This document shows positions 1 to 10,800 of a DNA stretch of 64,000 nt, piece by piece. This DNA is from Dipteris shenzhenensis (Eukaryota), in NCBI GenBank assembly GCA_047967505.1, contig CM106538.1, one strand, 5' to 3'. The notes under the pieces were generated by a model. The model made no database searches and was not told the DNA's origin. It worked only from the letters and a program-made list of their open reading frames with translations. The position numbers and the translations under genes were made by a program. Every line of letters begins with the position of its first letter. Position 1 is the stretch's first letter.

Positions 1-41
1 CCCTTGGTGGATCTGATCATTTCCAAGGGACACCTTCACAT

Positions 42-706
42 TCACACTCACCACCTTGTACACGCACTCGGGTCCACATGTGCGGGTCTCCTTGGATGGA
101 CGTAGGTTACTACCTTAAGAAATTTTCTTTATTTCTTAAAAACAAGCCACTTGAAGAACAAATTCAGGCTAGGTAATCTCTCAAATAATTGAGATGATCA
201 TCCCAATTAGAGACCCTTTAGAGATGATCATCCCTATCAGAGATGATCATTCCAATTAGAGTGATCACATAGATCATATAGGAAAACTTCTTTAAAATCC
301 CTTAGGTATTACTTTAACGTAGTGATCATTCGCCGTTTAATGTTGCAGGCCCATTGGTGAGTTTGAAGATCATCACACTCACCACCTTGTACATGCACTC
401 ACGTCCACGTGTGCGGGTCTCCTTGATGGACGTAGGTTACTACCTTAAGAAATTTTCTTTATTTCTTAAAAAGAGGCCACTTGAAGAACAAATTCAGGCC
501 AGGTAATCTCTCAAATAATTGAGATGATCATCCCAATTAGAGACCCTATAGAGATGATCATCCCTATTAGAGATGATCATTCCAATTAGAGTGATCACAT
601 AGATCATATAGAAAAACTTCTTTAAAGTCCCTTAGGTATTCCTTTAACGTAGTGATCATTAGCCGTTTAATGTTGTAGGCCCATTGGTGAGTTTGAAGAT
701 CATCAC
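42..706. repeat. ~330-bp tandem duplication in the leader of a decayed gypsy element
   Basis: 42..376 and 373..706 align almost base for base (e.g. cgtaggttactaccttaaga at 101 and 431), with TCAC microhomology at the junction. Confidence 0.9.
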
Positions 707-949
707 TTTTGAAGCGTAGACTCCCCATTCCATGGCAAATGTAGTTTTATGTTGATCTTGAGGTGATATGGACACCTAGTTATACCCTGAGAACCCATCC
801 TAGGAGCTATAGGCTTCTTTGCTTGTGACTCTTTCCAAGACGTACTCTGCAAAAGGCAGTGGATAGTGATCCTTACAAGTTGAGGGCCATCAGGAGGAGG
901 TGGACTGATCGTTCAACCCACCGACGGGGGACAGATGGTGGGCCAAGTT

Positions 950-1790
950 AAATAAACCAAGTTTTTGGGGAAGAAAAGTGATGACCTCGATGCTCATGTC
1001 AAGCAATTTGAGAAGGTGTATGTGGTCAACAACCCACCACCCGTGGTGGCACTCCGACAGGAGGCAGTGTTCAAATTGACCTTGGTGGGCAAGGCATCAA
1101 GGTGGCTATTGAGAAGAATTATTCTGTCACTGAACGAGAAGGACTACGAATTATCTATTTAGTCAAAACAAGGTCATTAAGAGGATGAATTCCTTTGACA
1201 TGGTGATACAAAAGATGTATTCTCCCTATTACCTGCGGATTGGCTGAATCGACCAATCATACATTCAAGCAGATCATCTCATTGCTAGTTAATGTAATGA
1301 GCACTGTATAGATTGGGATGAAAAGTTGTTGGCCACATTATGGGATTTCTGCACATCCTTCAAGGTGGCAAACTAGGCTAAGCTAGTATTTGGGATGGAA
1401 AAAAATCACACCAATCAAGCACGTAGTTTTGAGCTTGCAGATTGTGGTGGAGGATAGGCTTCTTTCATAGGAGTCTGGTGTGTTCTGTCTAGATGTGCTA
1501 GATCAATTGGATGATATGCAGATGGAAATGTATTATCTTACTCTGGAGGTTCAAGTAAGGTAGAAGCAGAGGGTGGATTTGTCTTTGAAACAGAAGCTGT
1601 TTGAGTGATGAAAATTGGTGTTGCTATTCAACAGCCGTCTAGCGTGGATGCCGTGGAAGTTGAAGTTGCAGTAGTTGGGACCATTTTGGATATTTCATGG
1701 GTGTGGCTCTACGTCCTTCTATCTTGCAGACCTACAAAGGCACGATCTTACACATCTAATTAATGGCTTTCGATTGCATCCTTATCATCA
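950..1790 (+). mobile_element. Decayed, internally deleted Ty3/gypsy element (gag fragment fused to integrase)
   Basis: A Gag-like stretch (DDLDAHVKQFE..FKLTLVGKASRW, 965-1110) runs straight into frameshifted integrase motifs: SPYY, GLAESTN, DWDEKLLATLW, LVLLFNSRL..KLKL..GPF, NGFRLHPY. Confidence 0.8.
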
Positions 1791-2574
1791 TGATGGGGCT
1801 TTTTAGTGCCCATTTCCGGTATCTAATGAGGCACAACTTTCTTGGGTCGAGGTGGAGGTGGCGAAGTAATCATAGGAGCACATGTGGTAGTGTGGCAAGA
1901 TGCATGATGATAGAAGTGTTCTGCGAGGTCATGTCCCAGTCGCCATGCAACACCCTATCATCAAGGAGGGGTATTGGCGATCATGAATGCAATCTTTGTC
2001 ACTTTTCTACATGTACCTGTAGCAGTCCTAGCCTTCCTCACCACACTATTAGTTCTTTCAACTTCCTTCTCCTTCCTTGCTCTATTTGCATTCAGCTCTC
2101 TTTGCTTCCCCCTGCTTCACATCGTTGTGGTGATGGCACACGTGCAATTTCATCCTTTCATTCCACTAGTGTATATTGATTCTCAGTCTATTGATGCGTG
2201 TCTGCAAAGGCTGAGGATTAGAAGCTTCAACAGCATTGATTGGATGAAGGTGAACATTCACCCAGCAGCTTTAGCATCTGAGCCTAGGGTGGTCTTTCTG
2301 ACACCCTCGGTTGGATTATCTTTGTGGCTGCAACTGATGCATGTGCAGCTTCAGTTTTGTGTATAGCTGTTGTAATCTTGGCTTGCGATGCAATGTTCTG
2401 CGCGGACCGATCCCTCATGGTGCTAGAGACTAAATTTTTTCAGCTACACAGTAAGAATGAGGCCCTATGAAGTCAAAATGCAAGGATGCAACAACTAGAA
2501 GAGCGGGTTGTAGTCCTAGAAGCCCAAGTCCAGGTAGCCGAAGCTCACTCAGAGGCTACATAACCATTGCATAC

Positions 2575-3730
2575 TATTGGCTCTTTCCTATTGCTTTCGT
2601 AGGAAGAGCTGGGTTTTTCTATGTTGCAGGGTTCCGAGGCTTTTTGTCACCTACAGATATGTTGGGATTGTCGTTGTAGTATATGTGTAGCTTAGGACCT
2701 CGAGTCGTGTTCCGGTGAGAGACGTAGGCTTAAGTGTGGTAAGCGAACAAAGTGCAAGTATGTGTAAAAGGCACGTAAACCATCATTGTTGGGGTAATGA
2801 AGGCTTTCGCCTTCATTGGGGGTTGTAGGGTTTAGGAGGAGTTTAAAGGTTCAGAAGGAGGTTCCAAGGTTTAGAAAGAGTTCAAGGGTTCAGAAGGAGG
2901 ATCCAGGGTTTAGAAAGAGGTTCCAAGGTTTAGAAGGAGTCCAGGGTTAGAAGGAGAATCCAAGGTTCAGAGTAGAGTACATGGTGGAGAACTCGTCTCC
3001 CTCGTAGATCATGGAGTTTAAGGGTTTAGGAAAGCATAGGAGTGGGAGAGGAAGAAGGTGTAAGAGTATGGGTGAAAGAAGAGAGAGGAGGAAGGAGGAG
3101 GAGGGAAGAGGTGGAGGGAGGGGGAGGAGAGAGGAGGAGGAGGAGGAGGGAGGAGGAGGAGGAGGAGGAAGGAGAAGGAGGGAGGAGGAGAGGGAGAGGG
3201 TGGGTTGCAGGGTTGGAGAAGAGGGGAGAAGGGTTGCAAGGTTAGGACATGCTTTTGGACGTGCTGTGCAAGGAAGCATGGACACTTGAGACAAATGCTT
3301 GGAATACCAATGTAGACTCAACACAATGCCCCAAGAGTGTGGGCTTCATTCCATTATGGGGTATTTATACAAGTTGGAGAGCTTCTCTCTCTGCATGTAA
3401 CACAAAGTCGTATCACAAAGTTGTAACACAAAGTTGTATCACAAAGTTGTAACACAAAGTTGTGTCACAAAGTCGTAACACATTCTCTCTCTTCATGTAG
3501 AAGTTGTAACACAAAGTTGTTACACAAAGTTGTAACACAAAGTTGTAACACAAAGTTGTGTCACAAAGTCGTAACACATTCTCTCTCTTCATGTAAACAA
3601 ACTCGTAACACAAAGTTGTTACACAAAGTCGTAACACAAAGTTGTGTCTCAAAGTTGTAACACAAAGTTGTATCACAAAGTTGTTACACCTTCTCTTTCT
3701 TCATAAGTTCATGTTGGCACAGAGTCAACA
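2575..3730 (-). repeat. 3' LTR
   Basis: About 11 substitutions versus 17531..18686 (~99% identical, counted by eye). Ends on + strand read TATTGGCTCT...AGAGTCAACA; the terminal TG has mutated to TA. Confidence 0.96.
3397..3688. repeat. 13-bp tandem array (GTAACACAAAGTT)n inside the LTR
   Basis: About 20 units, periodically interrupted by cattctctctcttcatgta. The same array is at 18353..18644. Confidence 0.92.
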
Positions 3731-3764
3731 TACTCCCGGATCCATTTTATTACCCGTCCTCGGG

Positions 3765-6272
3765 TTATCGCTTATTGCGATCACGTACCTGGGTTGCCAT
3801 GTTTTTAGTCCAGTGGCTGTGGAACTTGTGTCGTGCCAGTCGATCCTGCTGTAGAGCCTTAGCACCATACAATTTTTGCGCAGTGTCCAGGTAACCTGTA
3901 TCTACCATTTGCTCGAACAGAGATATGTGGCGTGCCTCCAAGAAGATTACTCTTTGATAGAGTCGGCTTGTAATCTGAGCATCAATCCGTTCATTGGGAT
4001 TAAAGCTGAGTGGAGGCAAATGGGAATCAAGGTAACATGGGACCTCCAAAATTAATTCTAATGTTTTGCAGAATATGGCACTTTGGCGAAGGAAGCGATC
4101 AATGTTGCCACGCATTGTTTGTTCATGCTGCTGAAGTGCTCGGATCATGGTGCCTTGGATATTCCATTCTACACTAGAGTAGGGTTCGATCATTGGCCAA
4201 TTAATGACTCGATCTTCAGCCAAAGTGTGTATGTTGGCTTCCCATTTTTTACGTCGTGGAACTGCATAGAACTTGGGATGGGTTCTGAGACATGGAGGTG
4301 CCCGTAAGTACTCCTTTAAGAAGCTTACATCAAAGAGCTTGGGACGGCGCCAATCAGGTTGTGGATCCAATTTGCTAATCCAACCTTCACTTATTTGATG
4401 CTGACGAAGGTTGGTAGGAAAGTTACCCAGGGTCCATCCACCGCGAGTTTTCATATCAGGATATTTGCTCCAAAATTCCTTGATGGGGTTACGGGGAAGT
4501 GGTATCTCATCAAAATCATACCCATCATTGGAACTTGGCATGGGTGTACGAATTGGATTATCCGGATCCTGATATTCAAAATCAAATACTGCATCATTTT
4601 CTACTGATGGAAGCACCAGAAGTGTCGGAGGTGATGACGGGGCCGGGAGAGAATCAGGGGACATGGGGGAGAAATATGGTTGAGTGATAGTGGCGGAAGG
4701 GGGAGCAGAGGGGAGGGGGGGAAGAAATGGGCAAATGGTTTGAGCAGCTTGGTAATCCTCAAGGGTAGGATTAGCAAGGGAGGGGGAAAAGCTAGGTGTG
4801 AGGGGCTCATAAGTTTGTGACTGTTGGGTAAGTTGAAAATGGTGAGAGGCATGAGCAAAGAGACGATGGAGGGAATAGATGTTAGGATGGAGCTCGGGGA
4901 AGGTTAAGAGGGTGGTAGCAGCAAGGGGAAGTGAGATTATGATGTTGGCAAAAAGAGTGGTTAGATATGGAAAGTTGGATGTGAGATAGGCCTTGTCATC
5001 TTCCGACACTTCTTTTTGCTGGTGCGATGGGATGATCAGCTGCATGGGTTGGATGTCGGTTATGTTGTGCCGTGCAAATAGTAGGGATGGCCTTTGTAGC
5101 AATGGCAACAAACCTGCAATAACCCTGAGGGGAGGACTACCCATGAGGCAGACATATGCAATGAAAGCATCCGTCCTGAGTGTTATAAACCCGGCATGTG
5201 TAAACATGCAAAAGATATTCTTCTCATCTTCAGACAAGTCTTGGCAAATTATGCGCAGGGTTTTAATCCCGATCGATCGTTTCCAGTTGATTGTTGGATG
5301 AGCAGATATGATCTGGAGTTGGAGTTGCTTCCATTGGATAAGCACGCGTCCGTTGAGGTGATCTTCCATTTGTAGAGCAGCCACAAGCTCTTCATACACC
5401 ACGGTTGTGCATTGTAGTGGGCCATCATTGGTGTTGTCTTCCAATGCCTCATTGTTGTGCACTAGCAATTGGAGTTCAAGCTTGGAGATGGCTATTTTTT
5501 GGGAGTGCATCTCATTCATTTTTTCTTTGTACTGATGGTAGATGGTTGTGTATGCCTCCTTAAGCTTTTTCATTTGCAAGGTGACCTTTGCCTGTTGAGG
5601 AATGTCTTCAGTGGTATTGGACCATTGGTCCAAGAACTGGGCTTGTGAAGTGCTGGCCTCTTGAACAGTAGCAAGTTGGTCTTTTAAGAGTCGGCATTCC
5701 CTTGTAAGCTCATCAATGCTAAAGGCACGTACTGCCAAAGATTGTTGCATGTCTTCAAGCTTGTCCTTGCAATCCTGAAGCTCTTCTTCTTTGTGAATGA
5801 GAGTGAGTCGAGCTTGTGCCACTTCCTCTGTTTGTTGCGCATGTGTAGATGTCAGGGAGTTATAGGAGGTCTGTAGGATTGCCATTGCTTCTACTGCTGC
5901 AGTCAACTGTGTTTGACTTTGGTGGAGGCTGGAGGTCACATCCCTTACGGCCTTTTCTTGAGCTTGGAGAGTCTGGTTCATGCGCACTTCTTCTACCTCC
6001 TTCTCATCTATCTGTGCTCGAAGTGCCTTGACCTCTATGGCAATTGCCTGGAATTGGTCTTCGATTTGTGATGCCGTCTGCCTTTCCAATTCTCTTGCAT
6101 ATGCTTCCTTAGCCAAGCTAGTGAAGAGTTCTGACATTTGGATCATTTGGCTAGCTTGATGTTGGAGAATGACAGACGGTGATGAGGTTTGGCGATATTG
6201 CTGATACAAGTGGTGCCCATGTAGCCATCCCGAGGATTCTGTAGTACTTGGGGGAGGTTGTTCCAATGGCAT
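3765..6272 (-). CDS. Retroelement accessory ORF B, 835 aa: long N-terminal coiled coil, Pro-rich linker, unknown Trp/Tyr-rich C-terminal domain
   Basis: Uninterrupted 2.5-kb ATG-initiated ORF on the gag-pol strand, stopping 34 bp before the 3' LTR. Heptad-like Q/E/L/K-rich segment at about aa 45-280. Confidence 0.8.
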   Translation of the reverse strand: MPLEQPPPSTTESSGWLHGHHLYQQYRQTSSPSVILQHQASQMIQMSELFTSLAKEAYARELERQTASQIEDQFQAIAIEVKALRAQIDEKEVEEVRMNQTLQAQEKAVRDVTSSLHQSQTQLTAAVEAMAILQTSYNSLTSTHAQQTEEVAQARLTLIHKEEELQDCKDKLEDMQQSLAVRAFSIDELTRECRLLKDQLATVQEASTSQAQFLDQWSNTTEDIPQQAKVTLQMKKLKEAYTTIYHQYKEKMNEMHSQKIAISKLELQLLVHNNEALEDNTNDGPLQCTTVVYEELVAALQMEDHLNGRVLIQWKQLQLQIISAHPTINWKRSIGIKTLRIICQDLSEDEKNIFCMFTHAGFITLRTDAFIAYVCLMGSPPLRVIAGLLPLLQRPSLLFARHNITDIQPMQLIIPSHQQKEVSEDDKAYLTSNFPYLTTLFANIIISLPLAATTLLTFPELHPNIYSLHRLFAHASHHFQLTQQSQTYEPLTPSFSPSLANPTLEDYQAAQTICPFLPPLPSAPPSATITQPYFSPMSPDSLPAPSSPPTLLVLPSVENDAVFDFEYQDPDNPIRTPMPSSNDGYDFDEIPLPRNPIKEFWSKYPDMKTRGGWTLGNFPTNLRQHQISEGWISKLDPQPDWRRPKLFDVSFLKEYLRAPPCLRTHPKFYAVPRRKKWEANIHTLAEDRVINWPMIEPYSSVEWNIQGTMIRALQQHEQTMRGNIDRFLRQSAIFCKTLELILEVPCYLDSHLPPLSFNPNERIDAQITSRLYQRVIFLEARHISLFEQMVDTGYLDTAQKLYGAKALQQDRLARHKFHSHWTKNMATQVRDRNKR

Positions 6273-6432
6273 TTCAGTCCCTTGTGTAGAATAGTCATAC
6301 TGCTAACTCTCCTTGGGGCTCATCGACTAGCATGGCGTCGATGGGCGGTTCGAGTGCTGATGTGGTCTTAAGCTCTAGTGCTGATCGTTCCTCAGGTTCG
6401 GGTGCCAACCTTGTCTCGAGCTCGGGTTGGTG

Positions 6433-7515
6433 CTATTGGTGGAGACTTAGTGGTTGCAGTTGTGCACCGCCGAGCTGAAGCATTTCCTTAGGCAATTCTA
6501 CAATCCTACTTTCCAGAATAGGTACTTCTGTTAAGGCATCTGTACTTATCAATGTGATAGCTGGAGCAGTTGATGATGGCTCCCATACTGGTGAGAAGGG
6601 TATGTCCAACTCCTCAATTGGCTTTGGAGACTGGGGCAGAGTCATTTCTCTTTCTTGTAGTTCTTTTTTGATGATTATAGCCAATAAGTGCGGAATTTTA
6701 CATTTCTGGCTTGAAGAACCATCGAGTTTTTTGGTAAAGAAAATGACGAAGTGTTGGACCCAGTCTTGTTTGAGCTTCCTACTCAACAAAACAAATGTGC
6801 GGAGTGGAAGGGAGCGTTCCTTGCCGTTCTTTATTCCCAGGATGGTGGATAGAAATTGTGCTGCTTCCTTGAGGCGAGGGTCAAGGATCGTGCGAAGCAA
6901 GATGCCATCTCTATGGATCAGGGTACCCTTAGTGAGGAGAGACTGTACTTCGATAAACTTTGCATCAGCAGACCGTTTAGGGTATTCGCCACCTTGTTTT
7001 GGCAGAGAGAAAGCCCTTTGAATGACTGTACTGTCGAGGATAATGTTCAGTGGGCTCTGCTGTACAGTGATTGTACCGTACTTGCCATCCGTTGCATTGC
7101 TGGAGTAGTAAGAGTGGAGAAAGTCCTTGATGTAGGTGGTCATGATAGGACTGTCCTCCAAGGATTTGAGGCTCTCATGCAAATTGCCTAGACCCCGTTG
7201 CTCTAAGTAAGATGTTGCTTCCTGGGAAAGAGCATAAGTCGATGTGGGTGGCCAGACAAGTTCCAATGATTGGGCCTTGTTAACGGTTGTGTAGGCCGGC
7301 TGGGGTGGCATTTGTTCTGCTTGGACATGCACTGAATCTTCTTCGGAGCTATCGCTTTGGACCACGAACGCCTGTGGTCTCCGTGGTTGAGAGGATGTAG
7401 ATGGCTGCGAACTCTGGAGAGGGTCCCGTGGTTGAGGCGGTGGGCTCTTTCTACGCATCCTCTTTAGTGGCGGCATCTTTTCTGAACCTGCATCCATGTA
7501 CATGTAGTGTACCAT
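6433..7515 (-). CDS. Retroelement accessory ORF A, 360 aa, resembling the Athila env-like / putative plant transposon protein domain
   Basis: Basic N-terminus MPPLKRMRRK (ATG 7476 is the probable start). YIKDFLHSY..GTITVQ..IILDSTVIQRAFSLPKQG resembles the VREFY..S.VRG..I....I...LGLP pattern (recognised by eye). Confidence 0.7.
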   Translation of the reverse strand: MVHYMYMDAGSEKMPPLKRMRRKSPPPQPRDPLQSSQPSTSSQPRRPQAFVVQSDSSEEDSVHVQAEQMPPQPAYTTVNKAQSLELVWPPTSTYALSQEATSYLEQRGLGNLHESLKSLEDSPIMTTYIKDFLHSYYSSNATDGKYGTITVQQSPLNIILDSTVIQRAFSLPKQGGEYPKRSADAKFIEVQSLLTKGTLIHRDGILLRTILDPRLKEAAQFLSTILGIKNGKERSLPLRTFVLLSRKLKQDWVQHFVIFFTKKLDGSSSQKCKIPHLLAIIIKKELQEREMTLPQSPKPIEELDIPFSPVWEPSSTAPAITLISTDALTEVPILESRIVELPKEMLQLGGAQLQPLSLHQ

Positions 7516-7852
7516 TGATCATTACATTGATTGGCATGCCTGTATGATCTTTCTGTGTGTGTGTGGGAGAGAGATCCTTTTTTTTTTTTTTTGGTTATAC
7601 ATTCTTTGAGAGTGTGGAATGAAAGTGTGGGGTACAATTATTCATGCAATCATCTATGTGTCTAAGCGAAAGCGTGTGAGTGCACGTGACCTAGTAGCTA
7701 AGCAGGAACTAACTATATGCTTTTTTTGCTGGGATTTTCATAGGGCAGCTAGAACTCATCATCACTTCTGAGCTCTAGGTAAAATCGATTGAGGCTACCT
7801 ATATGTGCGAAGATGTACATATGCAAGTGAGTGCTCGTGATACAATCTAATC

Positions 7853-10800
7853 CTAACTAAGGAAGACTTGGTTTCCCAAATCTTCGTTTTTGTCGGGGAT
7901 GGCTCGCGTGTTGATGTAGTAGCGCTTCAGTCGGCTCCCGTTTATTGTTGTGTTGAATTGGACTCCATCTAGTGTTTCAAGTAGCACAGCTCCGATGGGA
8001 TTCATCTTTCGTACTCGGTAGGGTCCTTGACCTAGATACTTCAGTTTTCCCTTGTGTACTTTGGCATTGTATAACAGGACTAAGTCGCCTTCCTTGATGT
8101 CTTTAGCTTTCAGATTCCTCTCAAACCATGCCTTTCTTCGACGTTTTTCTGTTGTCATGGCATGATAAGCGACTAGTCTTGTCTCTGTATGCTTTTCCAA
8201 CTGACAGAGCCTTTCTTTCAAGGACTCATGATCACCCATGCGTTCCTGTATTGCGATGCGCAGACTTGGTATTACAAATTTGAGTGGGACCACGGCTTCA
8301 AGGCCGTACACCAATTGAAAAGGTGTGTTCCCTGTACTAACCTTGAATGTGGTTCTGTATGCCCATAAGGCTGCATTCAATTTCTCTGCCCAATCAGAAT
8401 GCTGTGGTTCTACTACTTTGGTGAGGATATTGCATATGATTTTGTTTGTGGATTCTGCTAGTCCATTCCCTTGGGGGTAGTAGGGTGTGCTTTTTCTATG
8501 GATGACCATGAAGCCAGACAAGAGTTCTTGAATTACCTCATTGACAAAATGTGTGCCTCTATCCGACACAATTTCAAGGGGGCATCCGAATCGGGTGATC
8601 ACATGTTCGTATAAGAATCTTGCTGTTGCTTTTGGCATCTGCCTTTCTGACTGCTTTAGCTTCAGCCCATTTTGTAAAGTAATCAGTGGCCACAATGATG
8701 TAGCGTGCCTGTGTTCCTTTTGCTGCTGGATGTATGGGACCCACATAATCAATCCCCCATTTTTCAAATGGTTGTTGTGCAACAACTGTTGTTAGGGGAT
8801 TGAAGTCTTTGTGTTGTGGTTTAATAGTTCGTTGGCATACATCATAGCCTTTTACATATTCATAGGCATCTGCCCACAGTGTTGGCCACCAGTAGCCTGC
8901 GAGGAGAACTTTTCTTGCTGTGGCTTCCCCTTGGAAGTGTCCTCCTGCAATGCCTTCATGGACTTCACTCAGGATTGGCAGGATCTCATGAGGCATTACA
9001 CATCTTCTTAATATCTGGTCCTTGCCCATCTTGTATAGTTGTCCTGCAATGAGTTGATAGGGTGCAGCCTTTAGAATCAATTTTCTAGCATCTACTGCTT
9101 TCATGTCAGGGGGTGGTCTTCCTGCCATCAAGTACCCAATGATATCTCCACACCATTCTGGAACAGCATCTATTTGAAATAGTGTGGCATCTGGTAAGTC
9201 GTCTTCTACTCCAGTGGCTTCTTCTCCTGTCTTGACTCGAGATATGTGATCGGCAATGTAGTGTTGGGCACCTTTGCGGACCACGATTTTGAAGTTGAAT
9301 TCTTGCAGCAAGAGGAGCCATCTGGTTATTCTTCCGATGGTACACGGACGGTTCACAAGATAAAGCAATGCTTGATGGTCGGTGTAGAAGACAAAATCAT
9401 TTGCGAGTAGATAGTGCCGAAATTTCTTTACACTATACACCATTGCTAGGGCTTCTCTTTCTGTGGTTGTATAGTTGATCTCTGCATCATTGAGTTGTCG
9501 ACTGGCGAAGTAGACGGGGTAGTCTTTCTTATGTTCACCAGGTTGACAAAGCACACTCCCAATTGCATACTTGGATCCATCAGTATGAACATGAAAATCA
9601 ATATCCCAATTGGGAGATATAAGGATGGGTGCTGTGATTAGGTGCCACTTTAAAAGCTCAAAGGCTTGGTCGCACTCTTCGGTCCATAAGAACTCCACTA
9701 ATAATTTGTAAAGTGGTCTAGCTATCATGGCATACCGCAATATAAATCTTCTATAATAGCCGGCATGTCCCATAAAGACCTGTACACCTTTGGAATTTGT
9801 AGGAGGAGGCAATTCCATGATGATTTTGATTTTGTCCATGTCAGTTGCAATCCCATGTTGAGAGACGATGTGTCCCAAAACAACTCCGTGGGTGACCATG
9901 AACTGGCATTTTGTTGGATTTAGGGAGATGCCATACTCCCTGCATTTGATTAGTACTTCTTCCAGACATTTGAAGTGGTCCTGTTTGGTTGAATGGATGC
10001 ACAAATCATCCAAGAACACCTGTAAAAACTTATTCAAAAATGACTTGAAAGCTGTGAACATGACTCGCTGGAATGTGGCTGGGGCATTACAAAGGCCGAA
10101 TGGCATGACTCTATATGCAAAAATACCCCATTCTGTAGCAAATGCTGTTTTTGATTGGTCTTGAGGAGCAATTTGCACTTGGTTATAGCCACTGAAGCCA
10201 TCCAAGAAGCTATATATTTCGGATCCTGCCACCTTTTCCAACACTGTTTCTGTTAAGGGTAGGGGGTAGTGATCCCTAATTGTGGCGGCATTCACATTTT
10301 TCAAGTTTACGCATATTCTGAGCTTCTTGTTGCATTTAGGCACAATGACAATGGGTGAAACCCAATCAGTGTGCTCTATCTCGTAGATGAATCCGGCATC
10401 TAGGAGTTTTTCCAGCTCATCATAAACCATGGCGCCATATTTAGGATTTGTGCGATAAGGTCCACATACCTTAGGGCGAGCACCTTCCCTTATAGGGATC
10501 GTGTGAACTGCCACTTCTGGTGAAATTCCTTTCATCTCTTTGTATGACCATCGCTGGAATGTGGCTGGGGCATTACAAAGGCCGAATGGCATGACTCTAT
10601 ATGCAAAAATACCCCATTCTGTAGCAAATGCTATTTTTGATTGGTCTTGAGGAGCAATTTGCACTTGGTTATAGCCACTGAAGCCATCCAAGAAGCTATA
10701 TATTTTGGATCCTACCACCTTTTCCAACACTGTTTCTGTTAAGGGTAGGGGGTAGTGATCCCTAATTGTGGCGGCATTCACATTTTTCAAGTTTACGCAT

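Noticed and set aside
2947-3676. Short ORFs within the LTRs (repeated at 17903..18632)
   Set aside because: They arise from GGA and 13-bp repeats; their recurrence only reflects LTR identity.
3397-3688. Repeat array with interspersed segments, superficially CRISPR-like
   Set aside because: Units are 13 bp and head-to-tail, the interruptions are near-identical rather than unique spacers, there are no cas genes, and the array lies within a eukaryotic LTR.
8630-8633. Programmed frameshift or read-through in gag-pol
   Set aside because: The shift falls inside the integrase core and the three stops look like C>T lesions; ordinary decay is simpler.
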